50,478 bases of DNA from an uncultured Acetobacteraceae bacterium (GCA_964250775.1 CAXUHK010000001.1:1-50478); one strand, 5' to 3'; counted from the stretch's first letter, positions 1 through 7,532 are shown. Notes: generated by a model from the sequence alone, not told the origin. Numbers and translations are program-made.

Positions 1-60
1 GGGGCTTGTTCCCCCAACCCCCCCCCGGGCGGGCGCCCCCGCCCCCGGGGGCTACGACGC
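1..60. other. G/C homopolymer-rich low-complexity contig end (probable assembly or sequencing artefact)
   Basis: Runs of C and G with no coding pattern. A similar tract closes the window at 50405-50478. Confidence 0.6.
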
Positions 61-77
61 AGCCGAGCTGCCCGTGA

Positions 78-1111
78 TCTGCTGTCTCACCAAAGGGGTT
101 CAGCTCAACAACCGAGGGCTTTGGCTGGTCCACCAACGCGGACGATTACATCACCTACGGCGGGTATCGCGTATTCAGCGCCGACATTCAGGCGAACGGT
201 CCGCTCGGCGGCAACTTCTGCCATGTCGGAAGTCAAGTCGCGCGGGTGCAGTCGACCTCGGCGTCCTCGTTTTTCTTTGACGTACGTTGCAATTTCCTCA
301 ACAGTTCCGGTGCTGGTGTCGTCTTCAACGACGGCGCAGCCGGCAACTTCCGCGCGCAACTCTCCGCGACGATCGACACCAGCGACAACAGCCTGGTTGT
401 GCATCTGGGCGACGGGCCGGAACTGGGCCGCACGCCACGGAACTCGTGCTCCCCAAACGGCTGGGCCTACTTGGAGATCGTCGCGACCATCGCGGCCAAC
501 AACGGCGGCAACCTTACCGTCCGTATCAACGGCAACACTCAGCTTGTGCTAAGCAACATCACGACGCAGAATAGCAACGCCTCAACCAACCAAGTTACTG
601 AATACCAGTTTACGAGTGGCGGCGGCTATTGCGGCGTAGCGCATATCTGCCTGTGCGACCCGACCGGACCCGCTCCGTGGAACACGTTCTTGGACGACGT
701 GCGGGTGCAGACCCTGCTGCCGACCGCCAACGACGCGGTGCAGTTCATCCCGAACGGCAACAGCGCCAACTGGCAGAACGCCGCCGCCGTGCCGCCCAAC
801 CCTGGCGCCGACTTCAACAGCGACGCCACGGTCGGCGACCAGGACACCTTCGCCTGCGCGCAGATGGCAGCGGGGCTGGGCCGGTCTACGGCGTTACCGC
901 GAAAGCGATGCTGGCCAAGGGTGACGCCGGGAACCGCTCGATGGCATCGGTGCTGAAATCTGGCAGCCAGGTCGCGGTCGGGCCGACCGTGGCGGTCGGC
1001 ACCTCGCCGCAGCAAACCCGCTCGGTGTACCAGGTCGACCCCGCGACCGGCGCCGCGTGGACTCAGGCGGGCGTGAACGCCGCGAAGGTGGGCTACCGGG
1101 TGGTCGCGTAG
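78..1111 (+). pseudogene. phage virion-associated protein, cut off by the junk contig edge and frameshifted near 866-885
   Basis: The frame-0 ORF is open from 78, with no ATG before the GTG at 246. It carries protein-like sequence up to about 870. The plausible continuation (PVYGVTAKAMLAKGDAGNRS...GYRVVA*) is in the frame of ORF 629..1111. The shift falls in a G/C-rich run. Confidence 0.5.
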
Positions 1112-1114
1112 GCC

Positions 1115-1444
1115 ATGTCCGGCTCCACCACCCAGGCGCGAGCCAGCCAGGCCGTCGTCGAGGCGGTCGCCGCGAACGCCCACGCTCCGGCCACGGTCAG
1201 CCAGGCGTTCCTTGAGCCGGTCGCCTCGACCACGCCCATCTCGACCACAAGGGCGCAAGCCGGGCAGGCGATCCTGGAGGCCGTCGGCGCCAACCCGGCC
1301 TCGCGCGGCGCCGCCGGCCAGGCGCTGGTCGAAGCCGTGGCCGCCAACCCGCACGCGCCGGCGACCGCCAGCCAGGTCATCCTGGAGCTTATCGCCGCGA
1401 CCACGCCGCCCGTCTCGCCCGCCTTCGTGGTGGTGATGGCCTAG
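1115..1444 (+). CDS. tandem-repeat protein (five ~18-21 aa units with a QAxxExV core), function unknown
   Basis: ATG at 1115, 4 nt after the upstream stop. The translation repeats SQAVVEAV / SQAFLEPV / GQAILEAV / GQALVEAV / SQVILELI. Confidence 0.55.
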   Translation: MSGSTTQARASQAVVEAVAANAHAPATVSQAFLEPVASTTPISTTRAQAGQAILEAVGANPASRGAAGQALVEAVAANPHAPATASQVILELIAATTPPVSPAFVVVMA

Positions 1445-1459
1445 ACCCGAGCCCCCCCG

Positions 1460-2068
1460 ATGCACAGCCTGGTCGAAAGCCGGCCGCCCTGGCCGGCGCG
1501 GGTCAAGGTACTGGCCGGCATGATGGGGGCGGTGATGGCACTCGCCGGCACGCTGGTCGGCATGATCGTCAAGAGCACGAACTACTTCACCGCCCGCGAC
1601 GCGGCGATGGCGGCGCTGTCGCGCGACGTGGCGACGATCGGGCGCAGCCTCGACGAGCTGCACGCCGAGGTGGGGTCCAACCACGAGGAGACCCGGCGCG
1701 AGATCGCCGGCGTGCAGCAGTCGCGGCGCGACGCGATCAAGGCCCGCGACGGCCAGATGACGCACGTCAACGACAAGATCGAGCAGATCGAGACCGATGT
1801 CGGGCGCATCGAGGGCCAGCTCGACTTTTTCAAAGAACCCGAGGATGCCATGAGCCGTGCGCTGCTGCTTGTCCTGCTGCTGGCAGGTTGCGCCGCCACC
1901 AAGCCGGCCAACCTGTCACCGCTCGCGGACCTCACCGCCGCGGCGACCAAGGCGAAGCGCGACATGGCGGCGTCGTGCCACCACGGCCGCTGCGGCAAGC
2001 GCCAGGTCGACGAGCTGCTGCGCGCCAACCAGGCGCTGAGCGACTTCCTCCACAGCAAGCAGGACTGA
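1460..2068 (+). CDS. N-terminal TM plus coiled-coil (i-spanin-like) protein, read through in frame into the downstream lipoprotein ORF
   Basis: It has a hydrophobic N-terminal segment (LAGMMGAVMALAGTLVGMIV) followed by a heptad-like region. It is a paralog of 12656..12970. The paralog stops before the lipoprotein gene, but here no stop precedes the ATG at 1850. Confidence 0.5.
   Translation: MHSLVESRPPWPARVKVLAGMMGAVMALAGTLVGMIVKSTNYFTARDAAMAALSRDVATIGRSLDELHAEVGSNHEETRREIAGVQQSRRDAIKARDGQMTHVNDKIEQIETDVGRIEGQLDFFKEPEDAMSRALLLVLLLAGCAATKPANLSPLADLTAAATKAKRDMAASCHHGRCGKRQVDELLRANQALSDFLHSKQD
1850..2068 (+). CDS. small lipoprotein (o-spanin-like), internal in-frame start
   Basis: A GAGGA Shine-Dalgarno lies 4 nt before the ATG at 1850. 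The signal and lipobox read MSRALLLVLLLAGC. The C-terminus ...FLHSKQD matches ...FLAHKQD of 12258..12659. Confidence 0.45.
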   Translation: MSRALLLVLLLAGCAATKPANLSPLADLTAAATKAKRDMAASCHHGRCGKRQVDELLRANQALSDFLHSKQD

Positions 2069-2070
2069 CG

Positions 2071-2821
2071 ATGGCCGACCCGTTCGATGCCTGCCTCGCC
2101 TTCACGCTGGCGCAGGAGGGCGGCTGGTCGGACGACCCCTATGATCCCGGCGGCATGACCATGCGCGGCCTCACCATGGCCGACCTGCGGCAATGGGACC
2201 GCGACGCCACGACGGACGACCTGCGGCTGATGCCGGACGCCCTGGTGGCGGCGCTGTATCGCGCCCTGTACTGGCAGCCGGTGCGCGGCTGGGCGTTGTG
2301 GCCGGGGCTCGACCTGATGCTGTTCGACGCGGCGGTGAACACCGGCGTCGGCGTCGCCACCAAGCAGTTGCAGCGGCTGGTGGGGGTCGCGGCCGACGGC
2401 GCGCTGGGCCCGGTCACGGCGCTGCACGACGGACGACCTGCGGCTGATGCCGGACGCCCTGGTGGCGGCGCTGTATCGCGCCCTGTACTGGCAGCCGGTG
2501 CGCGGCTGGGCGTTGTGGCCGGGGCTCGACCTGATGCTGTTCGACGCGGCGGTGAACACCGGCGTCGGCGTCGCCACCAAGCAGTTGCAGCGGCTGGTGG
2601 GGGTCGCGGCCGACGGCGCGCTGGGCCCGGTCACGGCGCTGGCGGCCGGTTCGATCCGAGGGCGGCCGGCACTGCTGGCGTCGCTGCACGAGGCGCAGTT
2701 CGCGGCCTACGAGCACATGGCCGGGTTCGCGCGGTTCGGCGCCGGCTGGCTGGCGCGGTGCGACCGCCGCTACGCCGCCGCACGCCAACTCGCCGCAATG
2801 CCAGCAGGAGCAACCGCATGA
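2071..2821 (+). pseudogene. GH108 / PG_binding_3 type endolysin, disrupted by an internal 217-bp tandem duplication
   Basis: The N-terminus MADPFDACLAFTLAQEGGWSDDPYDPGG... is a paralog of 8982..9521. The reading frame changes after 2424. The C-terminal part resumes in the frame of ORF 2447..2821. Removing one repeat copy gives an intact 177-aa ORF. Confidence 0.85.
2208..2641. repeat. perfect 2 x 217-bp direct tandem duplication (2208-2424 and 2425-2641)
   Basis: I compared the two copies base by base and they are identical. 217 is not a multiple of 3. Confidence 0.95.
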
Positions 2822-3198
2822 GTGCCTTCACAGTCACCTCGGCCGAGAACGCCGCCGTGCGCGCCGCGACCGACGTGCCCGGGCTGGTCAGCAACCTGCA
2901 GATGATCGACAGCCCGCTGGCGGCGCAGCTCACCGGCAAGGCGTTGGTCGCCAGCAAGACGCCCTGGGGCACGCTGCTGCTGCCGCTGGTGGCCTACCTG
3001 GCGGCGCGCTACGGGCTGGGTTGGACGCCCGACGTCGACGCGCTGGTGGCCGGCGTGGCGGTGCTGGTGGCGTCGTACCTGATGCGGCTGCTGACCTCGG
3101 TGCCGATCACCGGGCTGTTCCGCCGCGCGGCCGTCCTGCCGGCGCCCGCGCCGACCGCCAGTCCGGTCCCCTTCCCGGACCTCGGGGCCAAGCTGTGA
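2818..3198 (+). CDS. holin-like two-TM membrane protein
   Basis: It has an ATGA overlap with the endolysin stop. The hydrophobic segments are WGTLLLPLVAYLAARYGLGW and ALVAGVAVLVASYLMRLL. It is a paralog of 8596..8973. Confidence 0.55.
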   Translation: MSAFTVTSAENAAVRAATDVPGLVSNLQMIDSPLAAQLTGKALVASKTPWGTLLLPLVAYLAARYGLGWTPDVDALVAGVAVLVASYLMRLLTSVPITGLFRRAAVLPAPAPTASPVPFPDLGAKL

Positions 3199-3566
3199 CC
3201 CGCGCCCTGTTCCTGCTGCTGGCGCTCGGCCTGGCCAGGTGCGCCGGCCCGGTCGCCACCGCGAGCACCGCGAGCGTCTCCGGCGCGCAGCAGGAGCTGC
3301 AGGCGGCAATCCAGCTCTACAGCATCGCCAAGGGCGTGGCCGAGGTGGCGGCGGTGGCCGATCCAGGGCTGGCGCCGATCCTGCTCACCACCACGGCGAC
3401 GCTCGACCTCTAGGTCGGCCGGGCGCAGGCGATGCTCACGGTCGGCGTGGTCGACGCGGTGGCGATCGAGGCGCTGGCGGCCAGCATCACCGCGCACGCC
3501 AACGCGCTCACGCTGGCGGCCGCGCCGGTGATCAAGGCGGTGCCGTCACAGGCCGCCGCCGACTGA
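3195..3566 (+). pseudogene. lysis-cassette lipoprotein with an in-frame TAG at 3411-3413
   Basis: It has a GTGA overlap with the holin-like stop and a signal ending ...LGLARC. The same frame continues after the TAG as VGRAQAML...ALTLAAAPVIKAVP. That aligns with the intact paralog 8240..8599 (...ALTLAAAPAVKVVPAA). Confidence 0.7.
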
Positions 3567-3842
3567 CCCAGCCCCGCCCTGTCGCTCCGACATGACCCCC
3601 AGCAAGGCGCGCATCTCGCCCGACACCCGCGCGTCCCCGCTCGCCATCCTGCTCAAGCTGCGCAGGATCGTGGCGAACTGCCGGTCGTCGCCGTGCTCCA
3701 GCATCAGGCGCGCCAGGGCGGACTGCCCGATCCCCAGCCCGTGCAGCCGCTCCCGGAACCACGCGGCGCTCTCCGGCGAGCCGCGGCCTGGCATCGATGT
3801 CTCGTGGGTCGGTGCCTCGTGTGTCTGTGTTTCGTGTTCCAT
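3546..3842 (-). CDS. small DNA-binding-like (HTH-type) protein
   Basis: ATG at 3842 is preceded by GGAGG. The segment GIGQSALARLMLEHG... resembles the other small HTH-like proteins in this window. Confidence 0.4.
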   Translation of the reverse strand: MEHETQTHEAPTHETSMPGRGSPESAAWFRERLHGLGIGQSALARLMLEHGDDRQFATILRSLSRMASGDARVSGEMRALLGVMSERQGGAGSVGGGL

Positions 3843-4030
3843 GTCCGCCTCCGTTTGGTGTAGGTCCAGGAAACCGAGGCCGCTTGCGCGGCCCCGGCCC
3901 AAGTGGGTTGGCTAGAGGCAGAGGGTGATGGTCAGCATCACCCTCCACTTCCTCCACCGGACTTCCAGAACGACGCAAACCGGCATCGTCTGTCCCTCCG
4001 TGTCCTTAGGCCCCATTGCCTGTGGATCCC

Positions 4031-4090
4031 GAAATAATACGACATAACGTCTTATGATACCATGAAAAATATGACGTTGCGTCGTATTTC
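4031..4090. promoter_or_regulatory. imperfect inverted repeat just upstream of the lipoprotein gene SD
   Basis: The arms are aatacgacataacgtc (4036-4051) and gacgttgcgtcgtatt (4073-4088). They pair as 8+6 bp around a 2x2 mismatch with a 21-nt AT-rich spacer. The repeat lies in the divergent intergenic region. Confidence 0.4.
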
Positions 4091-4106
4091 TGTGGAGGGT
4101 TTGGCG

Positions 4107-4553
4107 ATGCGAATGCCGCTGGCCGGCGCAGTGTGCGCTGTCGTGGCGGGCTGTGGCGCCGTCACGATGCACCACGCGCGCACCGACCTGCTCGGCATGA
4201 GCGCGCCCGACCTGATGGCCTGCGCCGGCGGGCCCGACCGGGTGCAGGCGCTGTCCAGCCAGGAACTGCTGCACTACGACTACAAGCCGACGCCGGGCAA
4301 CCTGTTCAGCGTGTCGCTGCCGATCGTGGGCTCGCTCGCGGTCGGCGCCCGCGGCGCGTGCGAGGCGCACTTCCAGGTGCTGCGCGACGGCACGGTGTCG
4401 GGCGTCAGCTACAGCGGAACGTCTTTCAGCTTCTCCGGCCCGTCGGCGGACTGCGTGCCGCTGGTGCGCGAGTGCGTCGAGCACCCGGACCGCACCGGGC
4501 TGCCGGCGGGCTACGACGCGTTCGCGGTGCTGCTGCCTGCGCGCAAGCCGTAG
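4107..4553 (+). CDS. lipoprotein, function unknown
   Basis: GGAGGG lies 7 nt before the ATG at 4107. The signal and lipobox read MRMPLAGAVCAVVAGC. The ORF track offers an alternative start at 4062. Confidence 0.6.
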   Translation: MRMPLAGAVCAVVAGCGAVTMHHARTDLLGMSAPDLMACAGGPDRVQALSSQELLHYDYKPTPGNLFSVSLPIVGSLAVGARGACEAHFQVLRDGTVSGVSYSGTSFSFSGPSADCVPLVRECVEHPDRTGLPAGYDAFAVLLPARKP

Positions 4554-4705
4554 ACGCGGCGCAGCGCCGCGGCCATGCCGTGGCGCGCCGCGTCCAGGTT
4601 GCGCGCCGCCTCCGCGCGCTCGCCCGGCTCGGCGCGCAGCAGCGTCTCGACGGCCGCGTCCAGCGCCGTCCAAGCCTGGCCGAGAGGGCCGGGTAACTGG
4701 TCCAT
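4511..4705 (-). CDS. hypothetical small helical protein
   Basis: It has an ATG start and lies downstream of 4760..4978 on the same strand. It overlaps the 3' end of the convergent lipoprotein gene by 43 nt. Confidence 0.3.
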   Translation of the reverse strand: MDQLPGPLGQAWTALDAAVETLLRAEPGERAEAARNLDAARHGMAAALRRVYGLRAGSSTANAS

Positions 4706-4759
4706 TTCGTGACGTTACACGAACGAACGCGGCGGCCGGATGTACGCGATCGCGACGCC

Positions 4760-4978
4760 CTAGGAGGCCAGGCGCCGCACCCGCCAACCTCGCGGCGTAG
4801 GATGGCGCCGGTGCGCGGCCGCGAGCGCCAATAGCCAGTCCGCCACCTCGGCCGGGATCGCGGCGTCGCCTGCCGCCCAGCGTCGCACCAATCGATCGTC
4901 GCACTCCAGCGCCTCGGCCAGCCCGCGCTGTGACCAGCGTAGCGCGCCGAGCGCGTCGCGGAGTTCGGAGCAGGACAT
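4760..4978 (-). CDS. small HTH-like protein (partner of the 5008..5211 membrane protein)
   Basis: ATG at 4978. The segment WSQRGLAEALECDDRLVRRWAAGDAAIP resembles WQSDLARDIGVSDRTMRRWVAGTDTP in 7305..7532. Confidence 0.5.
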   Translation of the reverse strand: MSCSELRDALGALRWSQRGLAEALECDDRLVRRWAAGDAAIPAEVADWLLALAAAHRRHPTPRGWRVRRLAS

Positions 4979-5007
4979 GCCAGCTCCGGCCCCGGCCGTG
5001 CCGTCTG

Positions 5008-5211
5008 TCAGCCGAGCCACTTTAGGAATGCGAGAGCGGACCCGAACAACGCGGCGACGCCGGCGACGCTGGCCGCGACCAGGGTGACGGGCGCGTAGCG
5101 GATGTCCTGGACGCGCTTGAGCGAGTCCAGCGCCTTGAGCAGCGCGTCGTTCTGGAGTTGCTGGATGCGCGCCTGTTGCCCGCGCAGGTCTTGGTCGGTG
5201 GTTCCGCCCAT
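5008..5211 (-). CDS. small coiled-coil protein with a C-terminal TM anchor (IRYAP family)
   Basis: The C-terminal part reads ...QDIRYAPVTLVAASVAGVAALFGSALAFLKWLG. Paralogs are at 7529..7744 and 46929..47102. Confidence 0.55.
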   Translation of the reverse strand: MGGTTDQDLRGQQARIQQLQNDALLKALDSLKRVQDIRYAPVTLVAASVAGVAALFGSALAFLKWLG

Positions 5212-5307
5212 GGGGTCGATCCCTCAACAAGCCGGGGACGATCCCTCGACTATATCCGCATAGTAAGGACAATTGCGGGATCGGTCAAGACCATCCGGCC
5301 GACCGCC

Positions 5308-5556
5308 CTACGCTTGGACCCTGCGCACGCAGGCGCGCGGGAACTCGTGCTCGGCCACCTCGCCGCCCGCCCGCCACCAGGCGACCAGGACCGCGCCCTC
5401 GCTCGCGTCAACCACCACGAACGCCGGGCCACCGCTGTTGAGCGCGCACCGATCGCCGACCGCGAGCGGCGGGTCGTCGGGCGGCGGGGCGGGGGCCACC
5501 AGGCGGAGGTCGGCCGCGAGGAAGCCGCCGCCGTGGAGGATGGTTCTCTCGCTCAT
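5308..5556 (-). CDS. DUF2158 (YodC-like) small protein
   Basis: GDRCALNSGGPAFVVV fits the GDxVxLxSGGPxMxV signature. The start has an ATGA overlap with the upstream micro-ORF. Confidence 0.6.
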   Translation of the reverse strand: MSERTILHGGGFLAADLRLVAPAPPPDDPPLAVGDRCALNSGGPAFVVVDASEGAVLVAWWRAGGEVAEHEFPRACVRRVQA

Positions 5557-5645
5557 CGCGGGAACGTCCGCCATGCGGCCCAAGCGCACAAGTCAACCAG
5601 CGCAAAGCCAATCGCCACGAACAGCAGAAACCCGCTTCCCATCAT
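5553..5645 (-). CDS. 30-aa hydrophobic micro-ORF
   Basis: The translation is MMGSGFLLFVAIGFALVDLCAWAAWRTFPR. Both ends overlap their neighbours by 4 nt (translational coupling). It is below the ORF-track cutoff. Confidence 0.3.
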   Translation of the reverse strand: MMGSGFLLFVAIGFALVDLCAWAAWRTFPR

Positions 5646-5854
5646 CGGCGTGTTCCTTCGTTGCCCCAGCCGGCATGAGCCTGCTCCAGCTTGCGCAGAT
5701 GCCGCGCGATCTCGATGCAGTGCAATGTCCGGCGAGCCGCTTCCGCGATGACCTCGTTCGACGCATTGCTCGGCGTGGCGCGCATGATCTCCTTTGCCCG
5801 ATCGGCCATTTCGACCCACGTAAGGTGGATCGTGGTTTTCGGTTCGTCGCTCAC
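5642..5854 (-). CDS. hypothetical protein
   Basis: The GTG at 5854 forms a GTGA overlap with the DUF29 stop. The 70-aa product is non-repetitive. Confidence 0.4.
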   Translation of the reverse strand: MSDEPKTTIHLTWVEMADRAKEIMRATPSNASNEVIAEAARRTLHCIEIARHLRKLEQAHAGWGNEGTRR

Positions 5855-6273
5855 GGCTCGCCCAGCAGCTCGTCCAGCGTCACCGGGCACAGCACCGGTA
5901 CCGGCAGCGGCGGCTGGCCGTCGACCGTCTCCGGCATCGTCCGCAGCGCTTGCGCGTAGATCGCCGCCAGGTCGATCCGCTGGCGCATGGATGGTGCATA
6001 GGCATCGGCGGCGTCGATGCGCGCGGCCCGCGCCTCCGACCGCCAGTGCGGCACGTACGACGTGAGCGGCCAGGCCTCCGCCTTGAGGTCGTGCAACAAC
6101 GCCTGCCGTAGCAGCGACCGCACCGCCCGCAGCTCGCTCAACCCCACGCTCTCGATCTCCTCGATGATCTTCGGCCAATCGAGGTCGTTGACCCGCTCAC
6201 CGCCGGCCGCGCGCCGCAGCAGCGCCGCCTGCCGCTCGGACCAGTCCAGGATGTCGATGTCGTAGTCGCTCAC
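5851..6273 (-). CDS. DUF29 domain protein
   Basis: SDYDIDILDWSERQAALLRR...DWPKIIEEIESVGLSELRAVRSLL matches the DUF29 pattern. The GTG at 6273 forms a GTGA overlap. The long R/G/A-rich N-terminal extension in the ORF track is rejected. Confidence 0.75.
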   Translation of the reverse strand: MSDYDIDILDWSERQAALLRRAAGGERVNDLDWPKIIEEIESVGLSELRAVRSLLRQALLHDLKAEAWPLTSYVPHWRSEARAARIDAADAYAPSMRQRIDLAAIYAQALRTMPETVDGQPPLPVPVLCPVTLDELLGEP

Positions 6274-6668
6274 TGGAGCACCCCGTTGGCCGCGGCGCGG
6301 GTCGCAAGGGCCGCGCGCCGCGACCGCACCCTGCCCGGCAGCGGCGGCAACCCACGCGCCTCGCGCACCCGCTCCGCGCACAGTGCCTTGAGACCCGGCA
6401 CCGCCGACAGCTTGCCGCCGCACGCCATCGTCAGCGACGCGGCCTCCGCCAGCAGGTCGAGCAGCGGCCCGTCGCGATCGTTGCCAGCCGGCAGGGTTCC
6501 CCATGGGGAACCCTCGCGACCGGCCGGTGGCTGCGGCGCGTCCTCCGCCCGCGCGGCCTTCTCCCGCCGCACCATGGCGACCAGCAGCTCGGCGATGCTG
6601 GTGCGGTCGTTGGCCGCCAGCGCCGCCATCGTCTCGCGCGTCGCCACCGGCACGCCCTTGATCGTCAT
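6270..6668 (-). CDS. ribbon-helix-helix-like protein
   Basis: MTIKGVPVATRETMAALAANDRTSIAELLVAMV follows a beta-strand plus helix pattern typical of RHH/antitoxin-like N-termini. Confidence 0.4.
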   Translation of the reverse strand: MTIKGVPVATRETMAALAANDRTSIAELLVAMVRREKAARAEDAPQPPAGREGSPWGTLPAGNDRDGPLLDLLAEAASLTMACGGKLSAVPGLKALCAERVREARGLPPLPGRVRSRRAALATRAAANGVLQ

Positions 6669-6749
6669 GCCGCATCTGGGCTCGTCGTCCACGACGGGTT
6701 CCCCTCGGTTTCCCCAACTCTACCCCATGGGTTCCCCACCGCAACGGGC

Positions 6750-6923
6750 TTACCCGGTCAGCTCGCGCAGGTGCCGGCGGAACTCCAGGGACCGCATCAC
6801 GTCGCGGCGCAGCTCGTCGACTGAGCTGCACGCCGCCACCTTCTCGCGCACCACGTCGGCGCTCTCCGGATCGCGGCCGAGCAGCCAGCGGTACGCCAGC
6901 ACCACGTCGAGCGGCGACACCAT
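6750..6923 (-). CDS. 57-aa protein with a DUF4214-like motif
   Basis: My own translation is MVSPLDVVLAYRWLLGRDPESADVVREKVAACSSVDELRRDVMRSLEFRRHLRELTG. It starts 8 nt after the upstream stop and is below the ORF-track cutoff. Confidence 0.3.
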   Translation of the reverse strand: MVSPLDVVLAYRWLLGRDPESADVVREKVAACSSVDELRRDVMRSLEFRRHLRELTG

Positions 6924-6931
6924 CGGCGGCG

Positions 6932-7216
6932 TCAGCCGCCGCTGGCGGGCACGGCATCCCGCACCCGGGCGTGCGCCTCGCGGATCGCGGCGTCGACGCG
7001 GGCGGAGCTGGCAAAGGTTCCGCCGGCCTTGGCCGGTGGAATGCCAGCGGAGGGGGCGGTGTCAGGCTCGTTGGCGCGCATCCAGCCCATCTGCCCGCGC
7101 GTGCGGTCGATCGCGATGAACAGCTCGAACGGCGTGCCGATGCCGGCCAGCTCGGCCTCCAGGCGCCCGACCCAGCGCAGCATCGCGGGGTTGACGGTGC
7201 GGGAATTGGCGGTCAC
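6932..7216 (-). CDS. hypothetical protein
   Basis: GTG start. It is the first gene of the tightly packed minus-strand chain 7216->5308. Confidence 0.4.
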   Translation of the reverse strand: MTANSRTVNPAMLRWVGRLEAELAGIGTPFELFIAIDRTRGQMGWMRANEPDTAPSAGIPPAKAGGTFASSARVDAAIREAHARVRDAVPASGG

Positions 7217-7258
7217 GCGCCGAGTCTAGCGACGCCGGCTCCGATGCGTCAGCGCAAC

Positions 7259-7296
7259 GCCGGTCCTCGCGAGGGGCCGGCGTTTCGCGTTTCGGA
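7259..7296 (+). terminator. GC hairpin plus T-rich tail, copy A of a ~38-bp repeat
   Basis: The sequence is gccggtcctcgcgaggggccggcgtttcgcgtttcgga. It is nearly identical to 7874-7913. Confidence 0.4.
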
Positions 7297-7304
7297 GCAA
7301 TTCG

Positions 7305-7532
7305 TCAAGCCAGCAGGGCGCCGATGCGCTGCTCCACACCGGCCAGTACGGCCTGCCGCGCCCGCACCCGCCCCAGCACGTCTGCGATCACGCCGGACCT
7401 CGGCGTGTCGGTCCCCGCCACCCACCGCCGCATGGTCCGGTCACTGACGCCGATGTCGCGTGCCAAGTCGCTCTGCCAGCGAGGCCCGTAAAGGGCCTCG
7501 CCCGCCAGCGCCAAGGCTTCCCCGGCGGTCAC
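7305..7532 (-). CDS. small HTH-like protein (partner of the 7529..7744 membrane protein)
   Basis: The GTG at 7532 forms a GTGA overlap with the upstream stop. It is a paralog of 4760..4978. Confidence 0.5.
   Translation of the reverse strand: MTAGEALALAGEALYGPRWQSDLARDIGVSDRTMRRWVAGTDTPRSGVIADVLGRVRARQAVLAGVEQRIGALLA

Noticed and set aside
1115-1444. CRISPR-like or satellite repeat array
   Set aside because: The repeats are imperfect, contiguous and in frame within a well-placed ORF. There are no unique spacers.
626-2634. Long minus-strand ORFs (626..1765, 379 aa; 1582..2634, 350 aa) opposite the structural and lysis genes
   Set aside because: The translations are Arg/Gly/Ala/Pro-rich and low in complexity, as expected for antisense frames in high-GC DNA. 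The plus strand carries recognisable, paralog-supported genes.
3912-4904. 330-aa minus-strand ORF
   Set aside because: Its composition is R/A/G-rich and it overlaps the well-supported lipoprotein gene (SD plus lipobox) on the other strand. Only its far 3' neighbourhood holds plausible small genes.
5851-7014. 387-aa ORF treated as one gene
   Set aside because: Only the C-terminal 140 aa (DUF29, from the GTG at 6273) look like protein. The N-terminal part is an R/G/A-rich read-through that overlaps better-supported ORFs in other frames (6270..6668 and 6750..6923).
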